A DNA stretch of 64,000 nt from an uncultured Acidimicrobiales bacterium (lineage in GTDB: Bacteria; Actinomycetota; Acidimicrobiia; Acidimicrobiales; CADCTF01). The stretch lies in contig CADCTF010000087.1 in NCBI GenBank assembly GCA_902805655.1, positions 53,233-117,232 on the forward strand. Direction: 5' to 3'. Positions 45,480-56,729 of the stretch are shown here, one piece after another; within the stretch, counting starts at the first letter, position 1, and each line of letters begins with the position of its first letter. Under the pieces are notes generated by a model. It did no database searches. It was not told the DNA's origin and saw only the letters and a program-made list of their open reading frames with translations. Both the position numbers and the translations under genes were made by a program.

Positions 45480-48011
45480 TCAGCCTGTGCTGATGGCGCG
45501 GAGCACGTCGAGCTTGGCGGCGCGGCGGGCCGGCCGGATGCCGGCCAGGACGCCGACCAGCGCGCCGACCACGAGCACGATGAGCAGCTGGCCGATCGGG
45601 GCCGCGAAGGCATTGAAGCCCTCGTCGGCCAGCGCCTTCACCACGGCCCAGGCGATGAAGAGGCCGATCGCCACGCCACCCAAGGTGCCGAAGACGGCGA
45701 TGATCACCGACTCCCAGCGCACCATCGAGCGGAGCTGGCCCCGGGTCTGGCCCACGGCCCGCAGGAGACCGAGCTCACGCGTGCGCTCGTGCACCGACAG
45801 CGAGAGCGTGTTGGCGATGCCCATCAGGGCGATGACGATGGACAAGGCGAGCAGCACGTAGACGACCGTGAGGAACTGGTTGATCTGCCCGGCGATGGAG
45901 TCGACGTACTCGTCCCGGTCGAGCACCTTCGGAGTTCCGTACTCGTCGGCCACGACCTGCACCGCGGCCTGGCCCCGATCGATGCTCACGCCGTCGTTGA
46001 GCGTGAGGATGATGGTGGTGATGACCGGGCGGGCGATGTGGGGCTCCAAGGCGGCGGCCGGCAGCACGAGCGGCCCGGTGATCTCGGCCGACCCGTAGAT
46101 CGCCCCCACCGTGAGCTCGGCGCTGACGCCGTCGGGGAACGTCACCGGCACGCGGGTGCCCAGCTGCCAGCCCTTCTCCGTCGCCAGATCGTCGAACACC
46201 GCGAACTGGTCCGGACGGAGACCGACGAGAGAGCCTTCGGTCACGCCGATGTCGAGCACCTGGGCCAGCTCCGCAGGGTTCACCGCGGTGAGCAGCCGGT
46301 CCTCCCCTGCGAGGCGGACGGGGCCGAAGCTCACCGCCGCCGCCGTGTCCACCTCCGGCAGCGCGTTCATGGCCACGACCGCGTCGGGACTGATGCCGCT
46401 GCCGCTGAAGTTGTTCGACGAGATGACGAGGTCGCCGGCGAAGGCCTGGGACACCGCATCGTCGATGGAGGACTTGATCGACGCACCGATGACCGTGAAG
46501 AGGGTGACGACGCCCACCCCGAGCATCAACGCAGTGGCCGTGCTGGCCGTGCGGCGCGGGTTGCGCATGGCGTTCTCGCGAGCCAGCCGGCCGGACATGC
46601 CCCGCGCCCGAAGGGGCGCACCGAGCACCCGACTCATCGGCTTGGCCACGACCGGTCCGGACACGACGACGCCGATGATGGTGAGCACCGCTCCCGGGCC
46701 CGCCGCGTTCAGCTCGGTGGCGAGCGCGGCATAGAGCACGAGGGCGACGCCGACCGCGGTGAGGGCGGCACCGAGCACCACTCGCACCTTGGAGGTGCCG
46801 GTGCGATCGATGGCCACATCGCGAAGGGCGGCCAGCGGTGCGACACCGGATGCCTTGATGGCCGGCACCAAGCTGGCCAGGAGGGTGACGACCACGCCGA
46901 CGACCAGGCTGGTGACGATGGTGGCCGGGGTGATGGCCAGCCCGCCGGGCGGGAGGCCGAAGCCGGCTGCGTCCATGGCGGCGCGGAGCGCTGACGCCAG
47001 GAGCACGCCGGCCACGATGCCCAGCACTGCCGCGACCACTCCGATCACGAGAGCCTCGATGGCGATGGAGAGCAGCACCTGACCGCGGGACGCGCCGATG
47101 GCCCGCAACAGCGCCGACTCCCGTGTGCGCTGGGCCAGGATCACCGAGAAGGTGTTGTAGATGCTGAAGGTGGCCACCAGCAGGGCCACGCCGGTGAAGA
47201 TGAGCAGGAAGGTCTCGAAGAAGCCGAGGAAGGCCTCGTTGATGTCGGTGTTGAGCTCCTCGGCCAGCGCCGCACCACTCAGCACCTCGCTGCCTTCCGG
47301 GAGCACCCCACGCAAGCGCTCGACGAGCACGTCCTGCTCGACGCCGTCATCGGCGCGGACGGCGAAGCTCGTGACCTGTCCCTCGCGGCGGAGCAACAGC
47401 TCCTGCGCCTGGTCCAGGGTGAGGCCGACGTAGGTGGTGCCGCCGAGGTTGTCCGCCTCCGCACCGAAGGTGGCGATGCCGACGATGGCCATCTGCACCG
47501 GATCAGGCGTCCGGATCTCGACCGAGCCGCCGAGCTGCAGCTTGCCGAGGTCGGCCGCGCCGCGGTCGATCACCACCTCGCCGGCTGCTCGGGGTTCTCG
47601 GCCCTCGGCGATGCGGTAGGGGTTCAGCGCCGGGTCGTTCACCCAGTTCCCGGCCAGCGTCGGTGGGCCCTGGCCGCCGATGGCCTGGCCGTCGGAGCCG
47701 ATGATCTGGGCCAGGCCCTCGGCCTGGGGCACCACCAGAGCCACCCCGTCCACTCGCTCCAGCTGGGACAGCAGCCCTTCACTGATGAGGCGGCGCTGCG
47801 TCCCCATCTCGGTGCTCACCGTCTCCACGCCGCGCACCACCGCATCGGTGCCCGCCGTGGCGTCGGCGAAGACCTTGTCGAAGCTGGCTCGGATCGTGTC
47901 GCCCAGCACGAGGGTGCCGGCCAGGAAGGCCACCCCGAGGAGGACGGCCGAGCAGGTGCCGAGCAGCCGGCGCTTGTGGGCGAGCAGGCCCTTGAGGCTC
48001 ACCTTCAACAT
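45480..48011 (-). CDS. FtsX/MacB-type ABC transporter permease
   Basis: Duplicated FtsX domains: NTFSVILAQRTRE..LLRAIGA and NTLSLSVHERTRELGLLRAVG. Confidence 0.9.
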   Translation of the reverse strand: MLKVSLKGLLAHKRRLLGTCSAVLLGVAFLAGTLVLGDTIRASFDKVFADATAGTDAVVRGVETVSTEMGTQRRLISEGLLSQLERVDGVALVVPQAEGLAQIIGSDGQAIGGQGPPTLAGNWVNDPALNPYRIAEGREPRAAGEVVIDRGAADLGKLQLGGSVEIRTPDPVQMAIVGIATFGAEADNLGGTTYVGLTLDQAQELLLRREGQVTSFAVRADDGVEQDVLVERLRGVLPEGSEVLSGAALAEELNTDINEAFLGFFETFLLIFTGVALLVATFSIYNTFSVILAQRTRESALLRAIGASRGQVLLSIAIEALVIGVVAAVLGIVAGVLLASALRAAMDAAGFGLPPGGLAITPATIVTSLVVGVVVTLLASLVPAIKASGVAPLAALRDVAIDRTGTSKVRVVLGAALTAVGVALVLYAALATELNAAGPGAVLTIIGVVVSGPVVAKPMSRVLGAPLRARGMSGRLARENAMRNPRRTASTATALMLGVGVVTLFTVIGASIKSSIDDAVSQAFAGDLVISSNNFSGSGISPDAVVAMNALPEVDTAAAVSFGPVRLAGEDRLLTAVNPAELAQVLDIGVTEGSLVGLRPDQFAVFDDLATEKGWQLGTRVPVTFPDGVSAELTVGAIYGSAEITGPLVLPAAALEPHIARPVITTIILTLNDGVSIDRGQAAVQVVADEYGTPKVLDRDEYVDSIAGQINQFLTVVYVLLALSIVIALMGIANTLSLSVHERTRELGLLRAVGQTRGQLRSMVRWESVIIAVFGTLGGVAIGLFIAWAVVKALADEGFNAFAAPIGQLLIVLVVGALVGVLAGIRPARRAAKLDVLRAISTG

Positions 48012-48016
48012 GGCGA

Positions 48017-48775
48017 CTACTCCCCGAGGGCCTTGATGCGGTCGAGGACGCGCTCGGCGGTGGGATCGTCCATGGTGTCGACGATCCGGCCGTCCGCCAG
48101 GAAGACGACCCGATCGGCGTAGCTGGCCGCCACCGGGTCGTGGGTGACCATCACGATCGACTGACCCATGTCCCGCACGGCGCGCTGCATGAACGCCAGG
48201 ATCTCCGAGCCGGCCTTCGAGTCCAGGTTGCCGGTCGGCTCATCGGCGAAGATGACCTGCGGCCGGCTGGCGAGCGCCCGGGCCACTGCGACCCGCTGCT
48301 GCTGACCGCCGGAGAGCTCGGAAGGGCGATGTGACAAGCGGTCGCGCAGGCCGACCGTGTCGATGACGCCGTCGAGCCAGGCAGCGTCGGCCTTGGCCCC
48401 GGCCAGGTCGATCGGCAGGGTGATGTTCTCGAGTGCGCTGAGCGTCGGGATGAGGTTGAACGCCTGGAAGACGAAGCCCACCTTCGTCCGGCGCAGGACG
48501 GTGAGCTCCTTGTCCGACAGTCGCCCGAGCTCGACGTCACCGATGAAGACGGAGCCCGACGTGAGGGTGTCCAACCCGGCGACGCAGTGCATGAGGGTGG
48601 ACTTGCCCGAACCGGAGGGGCCCATGATGGCGGTGAACCGCCCGGACGGGAAGTCGACGGAGACGTCGTCGAGGGCCCGAACAGCGGTGTCTCCCGAACC
48701 GTAGACCTTGACGGCGCCGGCGGCGCGGGCGGCGGTGGACGCCGTCGCCGGACGGTCGTCGATGGCGATGCTCAT
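48017..48775 (-). CDS. ABC transporter ATP-binding protein (LolD/MacB type)
   Basis: GPSGSGKST, GFVFQAFNL, LSGGQQQR, ADEPTGNLD. Confidence 0.93.
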   Translation of the reverse strand: MSIAIDDRPATASTAARAAGAVKVYGSGDTAVRALDDVSVDFPSGRFTAIMGPSGSGKSTLMHCVAGLDTLTSGSVFIGDVELGRLSDKELTVLRRTKVGFVFQAFNLIPTLSALENITLPIDLAGAKADAAWLDGVIDTVGLRDRLSHRPSELSGGQQQRVAVARALASRPQVIFADEPTGNLDSKAGSEILAFMQRAVRDMGQSIVMVTHDPVAASYADRVVFLADGRIVDTMDDPTAERVLDRIKALGE

Positions 48776-48927
48776 GACGCAGGTGCTCCTTCGTTCGCAG
48801 CGCGCAGCAGCCACCCGCCATGGACGACCGAGCGCGCGATCGTGGGTCGACACTAACCCCGGGCCATCAAGACGCTCACGCACGTTGTCTGCTCCCGCAC
48901 GAACGACGGGGTGGGTAGCGTCAGCCC

Positions 48928-50097
48928 ATGACCGCCGACGCCAAGACCGCTGCACGCACCACCGTCGACGGGGAGCACGAGGCGCTCGTCCAGCTGTCGC
49001 ACCGCATACATGCCTTTCCCGAGCTGGCCTTCGAGGAGGAGCAGTCATCGGCGTGGTGTGCGGAGGCGTTGACCGACGGCGGCTTCTCGGTCGAGGCCGG
49101 CGTCGCCGACCTGCCCACTGCGTTCGTGGCCACAGCCGGGTCTGGGCCGCTGACCATCGGGATCTGCGCCGAGTACGACGCCCTCCCGGCCGTCGGGCAC
49201 GCCTGCGGCCACAACGTCATCGCCGCCTCAGCGGTGGGCGCCGGCCTGGCCCTGGTGCCGCTGGCCGACGCGCTCGGCATCACCGTGAAGGTGTTCGGCA
49301 CTCCGGCCGAGGAGGGTGGCGGCGGCAAGATCCTCATGCTCGAGCGGGGCGCGTTCGACGGCGTCCACGCGGCGATGATGGTGCACCCGGCGCCCAACGA
49401 GTCCGACACCATGCCCTGCCTGGCCGTCGCCCACGACGACGTGCACTACACCGGCAAGGAGGCGCACGCGTCGGGGTTCCCCTCACAAGGGATCAACGCC
49501 GCCGACGCGCTCACCGTGGCTCAGGTGGCCATCGGCCTGCTTCGCCAGCACATCCCGGCGACCGGCCAGATCCACGGCATCGTGACCCACGGCGGCGACG
49601 CGCCGAACATCGTGCCCGCCCACACGTCGGGCAAGTGGTACGTGCGCGAGCGCACCCTCGAGCGGCTCGAGCGGCTGGTGCCCAAGGTGCACCGCTGCTT
49701 CGAGGCCGGCGCGCTGGCCACCGGCTGTGAGCTGCGCATCGAGCGCCAGGGCCCGATCTACAGCGAGATGCGCGACGACGCCGCCATGCGTGACATCTAC
49801 CGGGCCAACGCCGAGGCGCTGGGTCGTTCGTTCCCCGTTCCGGATGGCAAGTCTTCGTCCATGGGTGGTTCCACCGACATGGCCAACATCTCCCTCGCCA
49901 TCCCGACCATCCATCCCATGCTCGGCCTCGGCTCGTTCCCGATCAGCAACCACCAGCCCGAGTTCGCGGCGTTCTGCGCCACGCCGACCGCCGACCAGGC
50001 CGTCCGGGACGGAGCACTGGCCATGGCCTGGACCTCCATCGACCTGGCCACCGACCCGACGCAGCGCGACCGGCTGCTCGCCGGCGTACGCAGCTGA
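48928..50097 (+). CDS. M20 family amidohydrolase (ACY1L2/AmiB-like)
   Basis: PELAFEE, EYDALP, HACGHN, TPAEEGGGGK, STDMAN. Confidence 0.92.
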   Translation: MTADAKTAARTTVDGEHEALVQLSHRIHAFPELAFEEEQSSAWCAEALTDGGFSVEAGVADLPTAFVATAGSGPLTIGICAEYDALPAVGHACGHNVIAASAVGAGLALVPLADALGITVKVFGTPAEEGGGGKILMLERGAFDGVHAAMMVHPAPNESDTMPCLAVAHDDVHYTGKEAHASGFPSQGINAADALTVAQVAIGLLRQHIPATGQIHGIVTHGGDAPNIVPAHTSGKWYVRERTLERLERLVPKVHRCFEAGALATGCELRIERQGPIYSEMRDDAAMRDIYRANAEALGRSFPVPDGKSSSMGGSTDMANISLAIPTIHPMLGLGSFPISNHQPEFAAFCATPTADQAVRDGALAMAWTSIDLATDPTQRDRLLAGVRS

Positions 50098-50121
50098 ACC
50101 TGCGCAGCCCGTACGCGGCGG

Positions 50122-51483
50122 CTACTCGGCCGCGTCGGCCAGCGCCTCGGCCAGGGCCGGGTGCACGAGAAGGCTCTCCACGATGTCGGTGACCCGCAGG
50201 TTGGCCGTCACCGCCAGCGCGATGACAGAGATGAGCTCCGCCGCGCCGCGACCGACGATGGAGCCGCCGAGGACGATGCCGGTCGCCGGGTCGGACAGGA
50301 TCTTCACGAAGCCCCGGGTGTCGCCGTCGATGTGGGCCCGGGCGCTGGCTGCGAAGGGCACCTTGGTGACGCGGAGCTTGCGCCCGAGGGCGAACGCCTC
50401 CGCTTCCGGCAACCCGACGTCGGCGATCTCCGGCTCGGTGAAGATGGCCGAGGCGGCCTTCTCGTAGTCCAGGTGACGGTGCTCCCGGGTGTGCAGGCCC
50501 ATCACGTGCTCGGCCACCTTGCGGCCCTGCATCGACGCCACCGAGGCGAGGGGCAGCTTGCCGGAGAGGTCACCGGCGGCATAGATGTGCGGCACGTTGG
50601 ACTGGCAGTGCTGGTTCACCGGGACGTAGCCGCCGTTGGTCTCGACGCCCGCCGCGTCCAGGCCGAGGTTCTCCGAGTTGGGCACGGCGCCGATGGCCAA
50701 GAGCGCATGTGAGCCCCGGGCCACCCGGCCGTCGTCACAGCTCACCACCACCTCGTCGCCGATCCGCTCGATGCTCTCGGCCCGGGCCCCCTTGAAGAGC
50801 TTCACGCCCCGGGCCAGGAAGTCGTCCTCCAGCGCAGCCGCAACCTCAGGGTCCTTGCCGGGCAGCACCTGTTGCCGGCTGACGATCAAGGTCACCTGGC
50901 AGCCGTAGGCGCTGAACATGTGCACGAACTCCACGCCGGTGACGCCGGAGCCGATGACGATCAGGTGCGACGGGATCTCCGGTGGCGGGTACGCCTGGCG
51001 GGTCACCAGCACCCGCTCGCCGTCGATGTTGGCCCAGTCGGGCACGCGTGGCCGGCTCCCGGTGGCCACGAGCACGGCGTCGGCGTGCAGCTCGTCGACC
51101 CTTCCATCCGCGCCCTCGGCCACCACCGTGTTGGGGCCGGTGAGCCGGCCCGTGCCCGTGATGATCCGCACCGACTGGCTCTCCAGCAGCTCGCACACCG
51201 ACCGGTTCAACCGCTGCTCGATGGCCGCGATGCGCCCCCGAAGCGGATCGAGCTGCACGGCCGTCTCCAGCGGTGCCAGCCCCATGTTCTCCGCCCGACG
51301 AGCCTGGGACATCGTGGCGCCGGTGGCGATCATGGCCTTCGAGGGGATGCAGTCCCACAGGTTGGCGGCGCCGCCGACCACGTCACGCTCGACGATGGTG
51401 ACATCGGCCCCCAAGCGGGCGGCGTGGGACGCCGCCTGGATCCCAGCGGGTCCCCCACCGAGGATCACGAAGCGCACGGCCAT
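50122..51483 (-). CDS. NAD(P)H-quinone reductase (mycobacterial LpdA-like flavoprotein)
   Basis: GGGPAG, GGAANLWDCIPSK (one Cys only), GSGVTGVE, YAAGD, C-terminal VHPALAE. Confidence 0.82.
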   Translation of the reverse strand: MAVRFVILGGGPAGIQAASHAARLGADVTIVERDVVGGAANLWDCIPSKAMIATGATMSQARRAENMGLAPLETAVQLDPLRGRIAAIEQRLNRSVCELLESQSVRIITGTGRLTGPNTVVAEGADGRVDELHADAVLVATGSRPRVPDWANIDGERVLVTRQAYPPPEIPSHLIVIGSGVTGVEFVHMFSAYGCQVTLIVSRQQVLPGKDPEVAAALEDDFLARGVKLFKGARAESIERIGDEVVVSCDDGRVARGSHALLAIGAVPNSENLGLDAAGVETNGGYVPVNQHCQSNVPHIYAAGDLSGKLPLASVASMQGRKVAEHVMGLHTREHRHLDYEKAASAIFTEPEIADVGLPEAEAFALGRKLRVTKVPFAASARAHIDGDTRGFVKILSDPATGIVLGGSIVGRGAAELISVIALAVTANLRVTDIVESLLVHPALAEALADAAE

Positions 51484-51496
51484 GACTTCGGTCCGC

Positions 51497-53080
51497 TCAG
51501 TGAGACGGCGTGAAGGTGCCGAACTCGGCCCGCAGCACGTCGCTGACCTCGCCGAGCGTGGCCATGCGGCGCAACGCTTCCTTCATGGGCGGCAACAGGT
51601 TCGCCGTGCCCTGCGCAGCGGTGGTGAGGTCGGCCAGGGCAGCATCGACGGCCGACTGGTCACGCTCGGCCCGCACCCGCTTGGTGCGCTCGGCCTGGCG
51701 CCGCTGGCTCTCGGGGTCGATGGGGAACACGTCGACGGGCTCGGGCTGGTCGTCAACGAACTTGTTGACGCCCACCACCACCTTGTCCCCACGGTCCACG
51801 GCCTTGGTGTACTCGTAGGCCGCGGAGGCGATCTCGTCCTGCATGTAGCCGGCCTCGATGGCCGCCACCGCGCCGCCCATGGCCTCGATCTTCTCGAGGT
51901 ACTGGTAGGCCGCCCGTTCGATCTCGTCGGTGAGGGTCTCGACGAAGTACGAGCCGGCCAGGGGGTCGGTGGTGTCGACCACGCCCGACTCACTGGCGAT
52001 CACCTGCTGGGTGCGAAGAGCCAGCTTGGCCGCCTTGGGGGTGGGCAGGCCCAGGGCTTCGTCATAGCCGTTGGTATGGAGGGACTGCGTGCCGCCCAGC
52101 ACCGCCGCCAGCGCCTGCAGCGTCACCCGCATGAGGTTGTTCTCCGGCTGCTGGGCGGTGAGGGTCGACCCGCCCGTCTGGGTGTGGAAGCGGAGCAGCT
52201 TCGACTTCTCGCTCTTGGCCGCGAACCGGTCGGTCATGATCCGGTACCACATGCGTCGCGAGGCCCGGTACTTGGCGATCTCCTCGAAGAAGTTGTTGTG
52301 GGCGTTCCAGAAGAACGAGAGGCGGGGCGCGAACTCGTCGACATCGAGGCCCGCGTCCACCGCCGCCTGCACGTAGGCGATGCCGTTGGCGAGGGTGAAG
52401 GCGATCTCCTGCACCGCCGTCGAGCCGGCCTCACGGATGTGGTAGCCGGAGATGGAGATGGTGTTCCACTGCGGCAGGTGCTCCTGGCAGTAGGCGAAGA
52501 TGTCGGTGATGATCCGCATGGAGGGCCGTGGCGGGTAGATGTAGGTGCCCCGCGCCACGTACTCCTTGAGGATGTCGTTCTGGATCGTGCCGCCCAGCGA
52601 GGCGGGTGACACGCCGTTCTCCTCGGCGACCAGCTGGTAGAGCAGCAGGAGGATCGACGACGTGGCGTTGATGGTCATCGACGTCGTGATCTTGTCGAGC
52701 GGCATCTCGGCCAGCAGCAGTCGCATGTCGGCCAGCGAGTCGATGGCGACGCCCACCTTGCCGATCTCGCCCTCGGCCCGGGGATGGTCGGAGTCGTAGC
52801 CCATCTGGGTGGGCAGGTCGAAGGCGCAGGAGAGGCCCGTCGACCCGGAAGCCACGAGGTACTTCCACCGCTCGTTGGTGGCCTCGGCCGTGCCGTAGCC
52901 GGAGTAGGGCCGGATCGTCCACGGGCGGCCCCGGTACATCGTCGGGTAGACCCCGCGCGTGTAGGGCGGGCGCCCGGCCGGGCCGAGCTGCGTCTCGGCA
53001 TCCCACCCGTCCAGATCCTCGGGCCCGTAGACCGGCTTGATCTCGATGCCGGAATCGGTGGTGCGGCGGTCGTCGGCCAT
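51497..53080 (-). CDS. Methylmalonyl-CoA mutase family, substrate-binding subunit
   Basis: [46 protein letters not shown]; no DXHXXG B12 domain. Confidence 0.92.
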   Translation of the reverse strand: MADDRRTTDSGIEIKPVYGPEDLDGWDAETQLGPAGRPPYTRGVYPTMYRGRPWTIRPYSGYGTAEATNERWKYLVASGSTGLSCAFDLPTQMGYDSDHPRAEGEIGKVGVAIDSLADMRLLLAEMPLDKITTSMTINATSSILLLLYQLVAEENGVSPASLGGTIQNDILKEYVARGTYIYPPRPSMRIITDIFAYCQEHLPQWNTISISGYHIREAGSTAVQEIAFTLANGIAYVQAAVDAGLDVDEFAPRLSFFWNAHNNFFEEIAKYRASRRMWYRIMTDRFAAKSEKSKLLRFHTQTGGSTLTAQQPENNLMRVTLQALAAVLGGTQSLHTNGYDEALGLPTPKAAKLALRTQQVIASESGVVDTTDPLAGSYFVETLTDEIERAAYQYLEKIEAMGGAVAAIEAGYMQDEIASAAYEYTKAVDRGDKVVVGVNKFVDDQPEPVDVFPIDPESQRRQAERTKRVRAERDQSAVDAALADLTTAAQGTANLLPPMKEALRRMATLGEVSDVLRAEFGTFTPSH

Positions 53081-53139
53081 GGGGTTCATGCTACGAACCC
53101 CATGGCCCGTGTGGCGAAGCGACCGAACCCGGGTGGCGG

Positions 53140-54321
<1,182 letters not shown>

Positions 54322-54384
54322 GGCAAGGCTCCTCGAACGGTCGGTTCGGAAGGGTAAACCCTACCTGGGCGGTCAGGATTCCCG

Positions 54385-54924
54385 CTACCGAGGTCCGAGC
54401 TGGCCCCGCACCGCTCCGCCGGGATAGTCGGCGTTGTGGACGTTCACGTAGTAGCCCACCGGGTCGCCGGCGATGGTGGCCGCAAGAGTTCCCTCGGCCG
54501 ACACGCATCCCTGCGACGAGCCGTTCGTCGGAGCCGGCGTGAGCGGCACCACGATGTCACCGCTCTGCCCGATGCGGCCCCGGTGGATGTGGGCGGCCGT
54601 CGCCGCCCCGATGCCGGTGACGCTGAGCTCGAAGCAGATCTCGCGCTTCTGCTGATCGATCCGCAGCATGGCGGTGCCACGCCCATCGGGGTCACCCGGG
54701 CCCGGCACCTCGACCGCGCCGCTCAGCTCCGTCGTGAAGGTCGCCACGCCCTCGGGGGTCGTGGTGCTGCTCGCCTGGTCCCGCGCCAGGGTCGAAGGGG
54801 TCGACGGCGGCTGGGTGGTGGTCGTGACGTCGGCCGGAGCCACCCCGTCATCGCCGCCACACGCACCGAGGGCAAGTGACGCCGCCAGGAGGATCGCAGC
54901 GCCGGCACGTGGATGGCATCTCAT
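54385..54924 (-). CDS. CHRD-domain lipoprotein
   Basis: Lipobox LGAC; LSGAVEVPG, AAHIH, YVNVH..YPGGAVRGQL. Confidence 0.88.
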   Translation of the reverse strand: MRCHPRAGAAILLAASLALGACGGDDGVAPADVTTTTQPPSTPSTLARDQASSTTTPEGVATFTTELSGAVEVPGPGDPDGRGTAMLRIDQQKREICFELSVTGIGAATAAHIHRGRIGQSGDIVVPLTPAPTNGSSQGCVSAEGTLAATIAGDPVGYYVNVHNADYPGGAVRGQLGPR

Positions 54925-54950
54925 GATGTCCGCTTTACCCGGATCGGACC

Positions 54951-54966
54951 TGCACAAGATCTTCAC
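54951..54966 (+). promoter_or_regulatory. Putative OmpR-family direct-repeat operator TGCAC-N6-TTCAC
   Basis: tgcac aagatc ttcac, 11-bp period, between divergent CHRD gene and response regulator. Confidence 0.45.
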
Positions 54967-55011
54967 GACTCCTGCGGTACTTCTCGACACCCCGTTCGTA
55001 GTGTCGGCGCC

Positions 55012-55731
55012 ATGGAGCCCCCGCACGTTGTCGTCATCGAGGACGAGGGGATCATCGCCGCCGCGGTGGCGGCTCGCCTCCGGAGCGAGGGCTTCAGCGT
55101 CGACGTCGCCCACGACGGGCTGGACGGCGTGGACCTGGTGGAGCGCTGCCGGCCCGACCTGGTGGTGCTCGACCTCATGCTGCCCGGGCTCGACGGTCTC
55201 GAGGTGTGCAAGCGCATCCAGCGTCACCGGCCCGTCCCCGTCCTCATGCTGACCGCTCGCGAGTCGGAGGCCGACCTCCTGGTCGGGCTCGCCGTGGGCG
55301 CCGACGACTACATGACCAAGCCGTTCAGCCCGCGGGAGCTGGTGGCGAGGGTGCGGACGATCCTCCGCCGCGCCGAGCGGCAGGCCGAGCGAGAGGCGGA
55401 GCGGGCCGAAGGAATGGACGCCTCGGCCGCGACGACACCCGAGGTGCTGGAGGTCGGCGGGGTGCGGATCGATCTCGGCGGGCGTCGCGTCACGGCCGAC
55501 GGCGAGACGGTGCACCTCACGCCCACCGAGTTCGACCTCCTGGTGCAGCTGGCCCGACGGCCGGGGGTGGTCTTCACGCGCGAGCAGCTCCTCGGCGACG
55601 TCTGGGGCTACCGCGACGGCTCGGGTGCGAGGACGGTCGACTCCCACGTGCGCGCCCTGCGCCAGAAGCTCGGGGCCTCGCTCATCCGCACGGTGCACGG
55701 CGTCGGCTACTCGCTCGAGCGGTCGGTGTGA
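55012..55731 (+). CDS. OmpR-family response regulator
   Basis: IEDE, LDLMLPG, LTAR, GADDYMTKPF, LTPTEFDLL, TVHGVGY. Confidence 0.95.
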   Translation: MEPPHVVVIEDEGIIAAAVAARLRSEGFSVDVAHDGLDGVDLVERCRPDLVVLDLMLPGLDGLEVCKRIQRHRPVPVLMLTARESEADLLVGLAVGADDYMTKPFSPRELVARVRTILRRAERQAEREAERAEGMDASAATTPEVLEVGGVRIDLGGRRVTADGETVHLTPTEFDLLVQLARRPGVVFTREQLLGDVWGYRDGSGARTVDSHVRALRQKLGASLIRTVHGVGYSLERSV

Positions 55732-56729
55732 GGCCGCTCGACGGTCTGCGCTCGATCAAGCTCAAGCTGGGAGCGGCCATCGTCGCCTCCGTGGTGGTGA
55801 GCTCGCTGGTGAGCATCGCCGGCGTGGGTCTCGGCGTGCCGCTGCTGTGGTGGCCGGTCGTGTCCGCCGTCATCGCGCTGGGACTGGTGCAGGTGCTGGC
55901 CCACGGCATGACGTCGCCGTTGCGGGAGATGGCGGATGCGGCCCGGGCCATGGCCAAGGGCGAGCACGGCCGCCGCGTGCGAGCCACGGCCCAGGACGAG
56001 GTGGGTGACCTGGCTCGTGCCTTCAACGCCATGGCCGCGGAGCTGGAGTCGGTGGACCGGCTCCGACGCGACCTGGTGGCGAACGTGTCCCACGAGCTAC
56101 GGACGCCGATCAGCGCGCTGCAAGCCGTGCTCGAGAACGTCGTGGACGGGGTCGAGGCACCCGAGCCGGACGTCTTCCGCACCATGCTCCGCCAGACCGA
56201 GCGCCTCGGCCGCCTGGTCACCCAGCTCCTCGATCTCTCGCGACTCGAGTCCGGCTCGGTGCCGCTGCAGCGTTCGACCTTCCACCTCGGAAGCGTGATC
56301 GACGATGCCGTCGAGGAGTGCCGCCTCCACGGGCCCACCGTCGTCATCCGGGCCTCCTGCCCCGACGACCTCTGCGCCGACGCGGACCCCGAGCGGCTGC
56401 ACCAGGTGCTCGCCAACCTGCTCGAGAACGCGGTGCGACACTCACCGCCCGACGGCACGGTGGAGGTCCGCGCCTGGCGCGACGCGCACGCCGTCAGCCT
56501 GGAGGTGCTCGACGAGGGGCCCGGCATCCCTGAGGGCGACGCGGAGCGCGTCTTCGACCGCTTCTACCGAGCCGACGCCGCCCGTGCATCCGATCGGGGC
56601 GGGGCCGGGCTCGGCCTGGCCATCGCCCGCTGGATCGTCGACCTGCACGGCGGCGACATCCGACCCGAACGACGCCAACCACGCGGCTGCCGCATGGTCG
56701 TCGTCATACCTGATGGAGGACCCTCATGA
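55728..56729 (+). CDS. HAMP-domain sensor histidine kinase
   Basis: Two TM helices with almost no loop, HAMP, SHELRTP, NLLENA, DEGPGI, GAGLGLAI. Confidence 0.93.
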   Translation: MRPLDGLRSIKLKLGAAIVASVVVSSLVSIAGVGLGVPLLWWPVVSAVIALGLVQVLAHGMTSPLREMADAARAMAKGEHGRRVRATAQDEVGDLARAFNAMAAELESVDRLRRDLVANVSHELRTPISALQAVLENVVDGVEAPEPDVFRTMLRQTERLGRLVTQLLDLSRLESGSVPLQRSTFHLGSVIDDAVEECRLHGPTVVIRASCPDDLCADADPERLHQVLANLLENAVRHSPPDGTVEVRAWRDAHAVSLEVLDEGPGIPEGDAERVFDRFYRADAARASDRGGAGLGLAIARWIVDLHGGDIRPERRQPRGCRMVVVIPDGGPS

